Virus record (IMG/VR): IMGVR_UViG_3300034061_006011
Origin: a virus
Taxonomy: Duplodnaviria; Caudoviricetes
Length of the DNA stretch: 64,000 bases
Direction: 5' to 3' (one strand)
Shown: positions 48,051-56,773 of the stretch, piece by piece
Layout of the letters: each line of letters begins with the position of its first letter
Numbering within the stretch: position 1 is the stretch's first letter
The notes under the pieces: generated by a model
Database searches by the model: none
Told to the model about the DNA's origin: nothing
Seen by the model: only the letters and a program-made list of their open reading frames with translations
Position numbers and translations under genes: made by a program

Positions 48051-48551
48051 ATGATCGAAATCCCTATCACAAAAATCATGCTAGATTATGCAAACCACAA
48101 AGCATACCAACTCGGAAAATTAAAAAACTCAATAACAAAAGGCGAAGGTAATATCGCCGGATTCCTTGGCGAAATAGCAACAAAAATGTATCTAAACATA
48201 CCATATAACAAAGAAGAAAACTCTATACACTACGATATAATACACAACAACATAAGAATAGATGTTAAAACAAAAAGAACCACAACTACTATAAAACCAT
48301 ACTACGAAACCAGTATCGCCAACCTCAATACACTACAAGATTGTGACGATTATCTCTTTACAAGAGTGTATCAACCTACATATTCAAATATGCCAATATC
48401 AGTATTCCTGCTAGGTATCTACCCAAAAGACCTATACTTCGAAAAAGCTAGATTTCTATCCAAAGGAGATATTGACGGAGATAATAACTATATCGTAAAA
48501 AGCGACTGCTGGAATATGACTATTGATGAATTATACAATATTAACTACTAA
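48051..48551 (+). CDS. PD-(D/E)xK restriction-endonuclease-like nuclease
   Basis: GFLGEIA, YDI..RIDVKTK; TTGACA promoter and GAGG SD upstream. Confidence 0.7.
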   Translation: MIEIPITKIMLDYANHKAYQLGKLKNSITKGEGNIAGFLGEIATKMYLNIPYNKEENSIHYDIIHNNIRIDVKTKRTTTTIKPYYETSIANLNTLQDCDDYLFTRVYQPTYSNMPISVFLLGIYPKDLYFEKARFLSKGDIDGDNNYIVKSDCWNMTIDELYNINY

Positions 48552-48652
48552 TCATCACACAAATCTTCATTAAAAATTCATCCCATTATGCCCCAAACTT
48601 CCATAAATATTATATGGAAGAAATTAATCATATAGTGAATCATATCACAACC

Positions 48653-48775
48653 ATGAACCCAGCACTACCTAATTCTCAACAAGAATTAATTAGCACCCTG
48701 TCATTCATTGCTATCGTACCAGCAACCACCATGTTCATCCTCTACGCAATCTATGAAGAATATTTTCACTGCTAA
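48653..48775 (+). CDS. Small membrane peptide (40 aa)
   Basis: Manual translation MNPALP..FIAIVPATTMFILYAIY. Confidence 0.4.
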   Translation: MNPALPNSQQELISTLSFIAIVPATTMFILYAIYEEYFHC

Positions 48776-48787
48776 TCTAAATATACC

Positions 48788-49270
48788 ATGATCACCTTCA
48801 AACAATTTTTAGAAAATAAAGAAGACTTAGAACTACCACCAGAAATGGGAACCGCTCCAATACCAGATGGATGCGTAAGACTCTATCATCAAACAAATCC
48901 AGAAAATGTTCCATCAATTAAACAAAATGGCATAACTAAATCTTTGTCAACAGGAAAATCGCACCACGAACCATCTGTAATCTGGGCTGCAAGAAAACCA
49001 TTCTATAACATCAAATCAGACCTAGCTACTATCGAATTCTTCATCCCAGAAGAACAATTCTCACCACCAAGCTACGTCTTGGTAGACGTAATACCACCAG
49101 AACAAATTATAGGCATACACGAAAGATGGACCGACCTCGCAAGACACCTAATAAAAGATTACCCAGAACCAAATCAATCAAAAATAGACTTCTGGATGTC
49201 TATCGACGATAATTACAAAAAAGCTACCCAATTTTATGTCAACTATATGAAATCAATAGATAAATTGTAA
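48788..49270 (+). CDS. CTS-tagged ADP-ribosyltransferase-like (Tpt1/KptA-like) protein
   Basis: MITFKQFLE; LYHQT..NV.SIKQNGI; IPPEQI. Confidence 0.65.
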   Translation: MITFKQFLENKEDLELPPEMGTAPIPDGCVRLYHQTNPENVPSIKQNGITKSLSTGKSHHEPSVIWAARKPFYNIKSDLATIEFFIPEEQFSPPSYVLVDVIPPEQIIGIHERWTDLARHLIKDYPEPNQSKIDFWMSIDDNYKKATQFYVNYMKSIDKL

Positions 49271-49289
49271 ATATTATCATAAATACAAC

Positions 49290-50603
49290 ATGACCACTTT
49301 CAAACAATGGCTGTTAACCGAAGCAATAATTGACAAAGAAGAATTTATTAAAGAAATTAATTCTACAGAACATTCTTATTTACACTTACAACTGTCCCCT
49401 AATGGAAAAATATTAATTACAAGCCCTCATATTGAAACCAATATAATAAAAATTGGGAAAAAATATAAGTCAATCGAAGCAACAGGATCATTACAACCAT
49501 TATCTAAAAATTTTGCTAATGTAATTAACACAATTAAAAAAATATATCCTGAAATATTAAACTATGTCGTTTCCGAGACAGGAGTTGCAGGATTTAGAAA
49601 TCCTTCAACAAAACATAGAACAGTACAATATTGGCTTGACCAACAAAGAACAGAACCAAAAGTAAATCTACCAAAATATTTTTATCACGGCACCTCTACA
49701 AACTTATATAATATGTTCATCAAAGAACAAGGATTGGTCCCAAGACAAATATCTGGAAGTTCTGGATCTTATGGTGCATCATCAGTCAGAGCCTTATCAA
49801 GAGGAATGTTTAATTATCTTACAATTCATCCTGATTATGCTACAAGAGAAGCAGCTACACAAGCAGCAAAAAATCATGGCGGTCTTCCACTCATATTAAA
49901 AATAAATTCATATGCAATAGATCCAACAAGACTTTTTCCCGATGAAGACGCAAGAGCAGAAACTTGGGAAGAATCCATGCACAAGATAGGAACAGTTGCC
50001 TATAAAGGCATTATCCAAAACTCAAGCATCATGCCATATGAAATTAGCAAAGATATCAATAGATTAAAATGGTTGCCTTATGAAGAAACACCAACAATGA
50101 ATCATCCCACATACGAAAAATTAATTACAACAAAAGAACATAGAAACAAAGATTCCGTATTCTTTGCACTTTATGATAAAGAAATAATTGATAGAAAAGG
50201 TAGCTTACTCAAACCAATAACCAGCGAAGAATTTAACGAAATAATAAAGAATGCAAAATGGGCAACTAATGCATGGTTAATTTGTGAATCAATAAACGAA
50301 GGTATATTGGAAAAGACAAGAAATTCTGTTATCAGCAGAAGTAATTTCGATAAAGAAGCACAAAAAATTGTACTTGATTTGTATAAGCATGATATTTTTG
50401 ATGAATATCTGCAAATGAAAAGCGAATACATTAGAATATATGATTACGCAATACAAGTAATAATAAAATATGCTAAATACCTTGGCAAAAATTCATGGAA
50501 AGAAATAGATCAAAAATTAAGAACTGTTTACTCAAGAAACAATAGAGATCAAAATGACCACTTATATTCCACTGAAGCTAAAGAAATATTAGGAATTAAA
50601 TAG
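49290..50603 (+). CDS. CTS-tagged ADP-ribosyltransferase-like (Tpt1/KptA-like) protein
   Basis: MTTFKQWLLTE; FYHGTS..IKEQGLVP; YLT..A...A; PLILKI; AYKGII. Confidence 0.72.
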   Translation: MTTFKQWLLTEAIIDKEEFIKEINSTEHSYLHLQLSPNGKILITSPHIETNIIKIGKKYKSIEATGSLQPLSKNFANVINTIKKIYPEILNYVVSETGVAGFRNPSTKHRTVQYWLDQQRTEPKVNLPKYFYHGTSTNLYNMFIKEQGLVPRQISGSSGSYGASSVRALSRGMFNYLTIHPDYATREAATQAAKNHGGLPLILKINSYAIDPTRLFPDEDARAETWEESMHKIGTVAYKGIIQNSSIMPYEISKDINRLKWLPYEETPTMNHPTYEKLITTKEHRNKDSVFFALYDKEIIDRKGSLLKPITSEEFNEIIKNAKWATNAWLICESINEGILEKTRNSVISRSNFDKEAQKIVLDLYKHDIFDEYLQMKSEYIRIYDYAIQVIIKYAKYLGKNSWKEIDQKLRTVYSRNNRDQNDHLYSTEAKEILGIK

Positions 50604-50715
50604 AAAGATTACCCGCAACTCCCGAAGAAGCAAGTATGTGGAAACTCAAAACTCTTAACCACCCATTCCATTTCAAATTCATTTCAGAAAATCCACAAGT
50701 AATCATAAATAATAC

Positions 50716-51867
50716 ATGACTAATTTTAAACAATGGCTACTTACAGAAGAAATTGACCGTAATGGCAAAACGGCAATAGTTTATCATAGAACCGACGAAA
50801 TTGAAAATGCACTTTCAATACTCCAATATGGATCTAAATCCGATTTTGATAAAGACCATCCTATGTTATCCGATTTTGATAAAGACAATCAACCGGGGCA
50901 GATGTTCTTCGTCTTTGATCTTGAAAGCACTATGGGAAAGGCAGAAACTTACGGAAATGCTATAATAAAATTCAAAGTCACTGATCTTGATAAATATCTT
51001 GTATTCCATACAAATATGGCTAAAAGAATTCATGGAGAGAATTACAAATTAAGTGATCAACTTAGAGAATTCAAAATTTCACAAAAATTCACACAAAATT
51101 ATCTTGATGATATAGACGAAAAACTAGTCACAAATCAATATAACCACATCACTGACGTTTATTCTTTTTTAATTGAAAACGAATGGATAAAAAGTAAAAT
51201 AAAAGGCGTTATTTATTGGGGATATGATGATGGATATTGCTTGCTTAAATTCCGTCCAGTAAATGACGGAACAATTACTATGATCGGATATGCAACCGAC
51301 CCACACAAAAATTATGAAAAAGATGGGATAATAAAAAGCAAAAATAGAATGAAAGATTTAGAAAAATCTCAAAATTGGACAACATCAACAGATATAGCCA
51401 AATTAAAATCTATTGATAAAACCCCATACGGACAAAGAGAAAAATATATTAAAATAAAAGAAAAAAATCCAACTGTCTTGGAAATAATCAAAAAACTAAA
51501 ACTAGAGAAAAATATTGAAAAAGATGAATTATTAAAAATAATGAATTCTGTTAAAAATAAAAACGCATTTGCAAAAATAATTATACAAAATAAAAAAGAA
51601 TTAACAGTTGATGATATTTCATTGTTAATGAAATATTCAACAGACTCATGGGAAATTTGTTCATTTATACTTAAGAATAGACCAGAATTGTCTGATTTTA
51701 TTTCTAGAGCTATGTTTCCTAAAACCTACAGACCAATGGACACTCAAACCAGCAAGGTATGGTCTGATTATACATCAGATCCAGACAGAAGACCAATAGA
51801 CACTAAAACCGGCGAAAGACCAGAATTGTCTGATTTTATTTCTAGAGCTATGCGTTCCCGTAAATAA
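50716..51867 (+). CDS. CTS-tagged PARP/ART-like protein, paralog of 54638..55720, with internal duplications
   Basis: MTNFKQWLLTE; VYHRT; YGNAIIKFKVTDLDKYLVFH. Confidence 0.68.
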   Translation: MTNFKQWLLTEEIDRNGKTAIVYHRTDEIENALSILQYGSKSDFDKDHPMLSDFDKDNQPGQMFFVFDLESTMGKAETYGNAIIKFKVTDLDKYLVFHTNMAKRIHGENYKLSDQLREFKISQKFTQNYLDDIDEKLVTNQYNHITDVYSFLIENEWIKSKIKGVIYWGYDDGYCLLKFRPVNDGTITMIGYATDPHKNYEKDGIIKSKNRMKDLEKSQNWTTSTDIAKLKSIDKTPYGQREKYIKIKEKNPTVLEIIKKLKLEKNIEKDELLKIMNSVKNKNAFAKIIIQNKKELTVDDISLLMKYSTDSWEICSFILKNRPELSDFISRAMFPKTYRPMDTQTSKVWSDYTSDPDRRPIDTKTGERPELSDFISRAMRSRK

Positions 51868-51910
51868 AATTTATTTAACAATTAATTAAATATACACCAA
51901 TAAATACAAC

Positions 51911-52561
51911 ATGATCAACTTTTATCAATTCCTTGAATTTGCTAGAGAAATCATCCCAATAGGTACTGTTACTGACCCAAATGTCAGAAAATCGCTGGCA
52001 GGAAGAAGAATTAATTCCGCTGATGCGAAAAAATATTTGGATCAAGGTTTCGTTTATGTCTATAGATTTGAAGGATTCGCACCACGTCTCAGGAAGTATT
52101 CAAGAGGAGTTTGGTATTTTATAGGAGATGAAAATGATACTAAACTTGATCTGGGCAAATGCTTATTAGCATGGAATAAAGTACATGCACTTCACCTATT
52201 AGGATTTCCCAACAATTATATATTGTTTTATATTAATCCTGCAAATTTTTTACGACTTGCTGCTGACCAAAATTTAAACAATAGATATATAAATCAAGTA
52301 ATAAAATCACACTTTAATGAAAATGGACCTACCAAAGATTTCAATTCTTATGATAAATTAGATTTTCCCATGACTGGTATCGCAAAAAGTCAGGGATATG
52401 ATACTATCATGTTAGTTGCAGAAGGTGATTCCAAATCAGCAGAATTAATCGATCTTAGAACAGAAGTAACTCCTAAATCATTAGAAGATTATTTAAAAGA
52501 AATAGATGTAGATGAAGTTATGAAAGATTTAAAGAAAAAAAAGGGGAAAAAATCTACATGA
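51911..52561 (+). CDS. CTS-tagged protein, possibly ART-like
   Basis: MINFYQFLE; VYRFEG, GVWYF, AKSQGYDTI. Confidence 0.55.
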   Translation: MINFYQFLEFAREIIPIGTVTDPNVRKSLAGRRINSADAKKYLDQGFVYVYRFEGFAPRLRKYSRGVWYFIGDENDTKLDLGKCLLAWNKVHALHLLGFPNNYILFYINPANFLRLAADQNLNNRYINQVIKSHFNENGPTKDFNSYDKLDFPMTGIAKSQGYDTIMLVAEGDSKSAELIDLRTEVTPKSLEDYLKEIDVDEVMKDLKKKKGKKST

Positions 52562-52617
52562 TCACTTTCAAATAATCACCGTAACAACTCCAGTTAATTC
52601 TAATAAAATTAATATAA

Positions 52618-53301
52618 TTATTCTGAATCTGAGGAATAAGTGCCTATACCATAGTACTCTTTAATCTTATCAATCGCATCATTGTAAAGAATTGTTGCAT
52701 AAGAAGGACGAATATTCAATTCTGCCGCAATATCTTTATTCATTACATCCTCAGACCTGCGAGTCAAAATAATCTTCTGCCTTGGACTCAAATTGGGAAC
52801 CCTTAACAAATCCTCTAATCCCATCTTTTCAGACGATGGATCATCAGCAAATGAACTAGGCTCATGAATAGTACCAACTGTGTTAAAACTCACATTTCCT
52901 TTCTCACTCTTCCAATTATTACGCCTTATAATGTCCACAACAGATGCTCTAATCATGTTTGTAATCAAACCACCAATTAAATTGTAATTCAATTTTCTAT
53001 TTCTTATTTTTTTTTCAACCGTATTGTGAACCCTCAGCAAAGTCCTGTTGATAATGTCCTCTTCATCAACAATGTTTCTTATAACCATTCTACGCTGATA
53101 AGGCAAAAGACTATTCCTAAAACAATTTCTTATATTATTGTCCAATCTATCATAAAACTTTTCCTTCTTACCCAAATTATCAGAATACCATAAAAATAAA
53201 TTCTCCAAATTCCTCTTACACTTAAAAATTATCTCGGCTGCTTCTGGATCTACAGATTCATGAAAATCTCTATTAATAACATATTCAAAAAATGTTTTCA
53301 T
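52618..53301 (-). CDS. CTS-tagged sigma70/ECF-like sigma factor
   Basis: Region 2-like EEDIINRTLLRV..LITNMIRASVVDIIRR; region 4 LSPRQKII..NKDIAAELNI..A..LYNDAIDKIK. Confidence 0.78.
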   Translation of the reverse strand: MKTFFEYVINRDFHESVDPEAAEIIFKCKRNLENLFLWYSDNLGKKEKFYDRLDNNIRNCFRNSLLPYQRRMVIRNIVDEEDIINRTLLRVHNTVEKKIRNRKLNYNLIGGLITNMIRASVVDIIRRNNWKSEKGNVSFNTVGTIHEPSSFADDPSSEKMGLEDLLRVPNLSPRQKIILTRRSEDVMNKDIAAELNIRPSYATILYNDAIDKIKEYYGIGTYSSDSE

Positions 53302-53381
53302 AATAAACTATATATTCCACTAAACAAAAAAATCACACCACATCTCTATAAATTAAATCCACAAATAAGCATAAATACTAC

Positions 53382-53762
53382 ATGATCACTTTCAAACAAT
53401 TCCTAGAATCCTACAGAATGGAAGACCAAACCTTCTCCGATAACAACGGCACCTACTCCGTACCACAAATAGTCAACTACGCAACAGAAAACAAAACAAT
53501 AAAAGAAATGCCATTAGAACCCCTACTACATAACCTAGAACCATCCCCACACGAAGAAGGTGATGAACTACCCGGTCATCCAGAATTTATCAAAAGAACT
53601 GAACTAACTGACCTCAAATACCCAATCATTATCGTCAAATACCCAGACGGTCTCTTTATCGCTGACGGTGTCCATAGACTAGCAAAAGCTCACTCCCTAA
53701 ACCAACAAACTATCAAAGCTTATGTCCTAGACCAAAATGAATTAGAACAATTCAAAATGTAA
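53382..53762 (+). CDS. CTS-tagged ParB/Srx-like domain protein
   Basis: MITFKQFLE; DLKYPII..IADGVHRLAKA. Confidence 0.8.
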   Translation: MITFKQFLESYRMEDQTFSDNNGTYSVPQIVNYATENKTIKEMPLEPLLHNLEPSPHEEGDELPGHPEFIKRTELTDLKYPIIIVKYPDGLFIADGVHRLAKAHSLNQQTIKAYVLDQNELEQFKM

Positions 53763-53768
53763 CATTCT

Positions 53769-54563
53769 TCAAGACTCAATCCAATCCTGTCCATTATGAA
53801 CTAAAATTTTAGTCACAGGTAAAGAACTTTCTCCTGTGTACTTCAAAGCCATAGGATTCTTTCCATAATTATTCTGGAAAAACCAAGATTCCAGTTTTTT
53901 ATGCAATTCTGGATTCCGATCCTGATGTCCATAATAAAAAGGAGCTATATTAGATGCTGCTCCTGCACTGTAATAAGGGTTATCATTCAACAAAGGATCA
54001 CGAACACTTCCTATTCTACCGGGAAATTTACCATACAAACTTCTGGCTACAGGATTCTTCTTGATAGTCGAAAATGGAATTGGCTCGGCATCAATACCAG
54101 TCAACTTTTCTCCAACTTCATCCTTTGACAAATATTCTTTTGTCTTGTCTGTTAAATTAACATCTCCCAACTTGTTCAGCTTTCCAACTCTTTTAGAAGC
54201 ATAAGTAAGAATGTCCTTCGCATGATTCTCAATGTCCAAATCCCATTCACCAAAATCAATATTTGGAACATCTATTACAACAACTATAGGATTACCCTCT
54301 AAAGAACCCTTCAAACCATACAATTCTCTGTTCATACGAGCCAAAGCATGAGTTTTTGCGCTTTCATCCGATGTCCAAAGAAATAAACCACCTCCCTGAC
54401 CATGACCGTATCCCGAAGACCTAGCACCATCCCTCTTAAATGAATTCAATACCTCATCGTTCTTTCCAGAACTAGTTCCATGATAAAACCTGAAAGGACC
54501 ATTAATAACAATATCATGTGAATAACCTTCATCATGTCGAAGCCACTCTTTGAAATTATCCAT
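53769..54563 (-). CDS. CTS-tagged PARP/ART-like protein
   Basis: MDNFKEWL; FYHGTS; GQGGGLFLWTS..A..HA; PIVVVI. Confidence 0.65.
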   Translation of the reverse strand: MDNFKEWLRHDEGYSHDIVINGPFRFYHGTSSGKNDEVLNSFKRDGARSSGYGHGQGGGLFLWTSDESAKTHALARMNRELYGLKGSLEGNPIVVVIDVPNIDFGEWDLDIENHAKDILTYASKRVGKLNKLGDVNLTDKTKEYLSKDEVGEKLTGIDAEPIPFSTIKKNPVARSLYGKFPGRIGSVRDPLLNDNPYYSAGAASNIAPFYYGHQDRNPELHKKLESWFFQNNYGKNPMALKYTGESSLPVTKILVHNGQDWIES

Positions 54564-54590
54564 AATGTTTATATATAAAAAATCCAGAAA

Positions 54591-54632
54591 AATATCAACC
54601 CTCTACACAAATTAAATCAACATACATAAATA
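54591..54632 (+). repeat. 42-bp intergenic late-promoter repeat, copy 1
   Basis: AATATCAACCCTCTACACAAATTAAATCAACATACATAAATA, identical at 55719..55760. Confidence 0.92.
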
Positions 54633-54637
54633 TAACC

Positions 54638-55720
54638 ATGAACTTTAAACAATGGCTCATCAACGAAGAAATTTATCCCAATAACACCGCTACGGTTTAT
54701 CATAGGACTGAACACGCTAGCAATATTGAAAGAATTCTACAATCTGGATACAAAACCGGTGGTGGTCAAATGTATGGTAATGGTCTTTACACTACCATCT
54801 CACTAGAAAGCCAATTTAAAAGTTATATGAGCATATATGGTAATTATGTTATCAAGTTTCATGTCACCGATCTTGATAAATATCTTGTATTCCACCCCAA
54901 TATGGCTAAAAAAATTCATGGTCAAAATTACAAAATCAGTGATCAATTGAAAAATTTTAATTTAGCAGGAAGCTTTACAGAAGATAAACTTAGACAATAC
55001 GATGAAGCACAAGAAAAAACCGGAACTGTTAATGGTAATAATGCAGTTAAATTTTGTAGAGAAAATATTGGGATACTGCATACAATAAAAGGCATTATTT
55101 ATTATGGAACAAATGATGGCTATTGTTTAGTAAAATATAAACCAGTGAACGATAATACAATAAAAATGCTTGGTTACGCAGAAGCACAAGTTGAAGATAT
55201 CAATAAAATGAACGAACTGTACGCAAATAAAGGATGGAATACATCAACAGATAAAGCTAACATCAAAGATATACAAGATTTAGAACCAGATCAAAGAGAA
55301 AAATACGCAACAATTACTCCAAATAATTTGAAATCTGTATCAGAAATTGTAACCCTTATAAAGGATGAAAAATCTAATTTTGAAGAAATATTCGAATACA
55401 TAAAGAGAAATAAATTAATAGATCAAAAATACAAAAATACTATTGTAAGACTTATATTAAAATATAAAAAAGAAATATCCGTGGAACAATTGCTAGAACT
55501 AGTAAAATACAAAAAAGAAATCTCCATAGAAGAATTAATTGAACTAATAAATTACAAAAAAGAAATCTCCATTAAACAATTACTAGAACTAATGAAATAT
55601 ACAAACATGTCCACATCAGAAAGAGAAAAATTTATTGCAACTTACTTACCAGAAAAAGTAAATTCAATTAAACAATATGTTAACGATCCATCAAACTTTA
55701 CTTCAACACATGATGATTAA
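54638..55720 (+). CDS. CTS-tagged PARP/ART-like protein with C-terminal 15-aa tandem repeats
   Basis: MNFKQWLINE; VYHRT; YGNGLYTT; KYKKEIS.EQLLEL-like x3. Confidence 0.75.
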   Translation: MNFKQWLINEEIYPNNTATVYHRTEHASNIERILQSGYKTGGGQMYGNGLYTTISLESQFKSYMSIYGNYVIKFHVTDLDKYLVFHPNMAKKIHGQNYKISDQLKNFNLAGSFTEDKLRQYDEAQEKTGTVNGNNAVKFCRENIGILHTIKGIIYYGTNDGYCLVKYKPVNDNTIKMLGYAEAQVEDINKMNELYANKGWNTSTDKANIKDIQDLEPDQREKYATITPNNLKSVSEIVTLIKDEKSNFEEIFEYIKRNKLIDQKYKNTIVRLILKYKKEISVEQLLELVKYKKEISIEELIELINYKKEISIKQLLELMKYTNMSTSEREKFIATYLPEKVNSIKQYVNDPSNFTSTHDD

Positions 55721-55760
55721 TATCAACCCTCTACACAAATTAAATCAACATACATAAATA
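55719..55760 (+). repeat. Late-promoter repeat, copy 2
   Basis: Identical to 54591..54632. Confidence 0.92.
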
Positions 55761-55766
55761 CACATC

Positions 55767-56048
55767 ATGAAACTTAAAGATAAAGCTACCATCAAAACAA
55801 ATTTTCCAGAAGCTGACTTTTGGATCGTTCGCAGAGGATCAGAATCAGACGTTGGTAAACCTACCAAAAAATTTAGCGAATATCACATAGGAATTAAAGT
55901 TACATCTGATGACCTATTACCAGATTATCTCTACTACGCAATGACATATCTCTACAACCAAGGATACTATAAACCATTAGCCACAGGAATGTCAAGCTTG
56001 GTAAACATACAAGTTAAAGATGTTAAAAATATTAAAATGGGCGAATAA
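55767..56048 (+). CDS. Small protein resembling a type I R-M specificity (TRD) half-domain
   Basis: LLPDYLYYAM..L...G..S.VNI...DVKNI pattern. Confidence 0.5.
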   Translation: MKLKDKATIKTNFPEADFWIVRRGSESDVGKPTKKFSEYHIGIKVTSDDLLPDYLYYAMTYLYNQGYYKPLATGMSSLVNIQVKDVKNIKMGE

Positions 56049-56061
56049 TAAAACCACACTA

Positions 56062-56111
56062 CCTCTACACAAATTAAATCAACATACATAAATATAACCA
56101 TGAACTTTAAA
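56062..56111 (+). repeat. Late-promoter repeat, copy 3, extending through ATGAACTTTAAA
   Basis: Identical to 54600..54649, including the first four CTS codons. Confidence 0.9.
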
Positions 56112-56693
56112 GAATTTATTTATAATGAAACATCAACAGCTAGCCTAGACCTCGTTGGCTATAACTGCCGTCAAATAGAACCAGACACAGATCCACACTT
56201 CGGTCAAGTACATGTCTCTGGTCCCAGCGAAGAAGACATGAGTGCTGAAGTATTCGTCAAAAGATATATCGAAAATATCATAGAAGAAAAGGACTACTAC
56301 GAATTCATAAAAGAATATGGAGACGATCCATATGAGAAAAATCAATCACTCACAACAGAACGCCAACAATGGATGGTAAAAGCTGCCAATTTTCTTAACA
56401 AAAAAGGATACAGAATGCTATTCTGCGGCGATAAACCAGAAAAAATCTATGGAGAAAATTGCTACGCAGTCTATATCGATAAAACAAAAATTATTAATAT
56501 CACACGTCGTGACTATTACCCAATGACAGACGAAATAGACGAAATCACAGAAGAAACTATCATCACTTGGAAAATACCATACAACCCAATCCTCGTAAAT
56601 ATCAAAACATTACCAACAAAATTACCAAAACCAATTCCACTCATCAGACCAAGAAGACGATCAGATCGAAATGGAGATCACGAATTCCTATAA
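56100..56693 (+). CDS. CTS-tagged hypothetical protein
   Basis: MNFKEFIYNE behind the repeat. Confidence 0.7.
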   Translation: MNFKEFIYNETSTASLDLVGYNCRQIEPDTDPHFGQVHVSGPSEEDMSAEVFVKRYIENIIEEKDYYEFIKEYGDDPYEKNQSLTTERQQWMVKAANFLNKKGYRMLFCGDKPEKIYGENCYAVYIDKTKIINITRRDYYPMTDEIDEITEETIITWKIPYNPILVNIKTLPTKLPKPIPLIRPRRRSDRNGDHEFL

Positions 56694-56721
56694 CCCAATA
56701 CCAGAAATATTACACACCACT

Positions 56722-56755
56722 TCTACACAAATTAAATCAACATACATAAATACAC
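56722..56755 (+). repeat. Late-promoter repeat, copy 4, with no downstream ATG (empty)
   Basis: TCTACACAAATTAAATCAACATACATAAATACAC followed by CTGAG. Confidence 0.88.
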
Positions 56756-56773
56756 CTGAGCAAATCATAACAC

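Noticed and set aside
54591-56755. Cassette repeats as integron attC sites
   Set aside because: No palindromic RYYYAAC/GTTRRRY structure and no integrase in the window; the repeats end in a late promoter core
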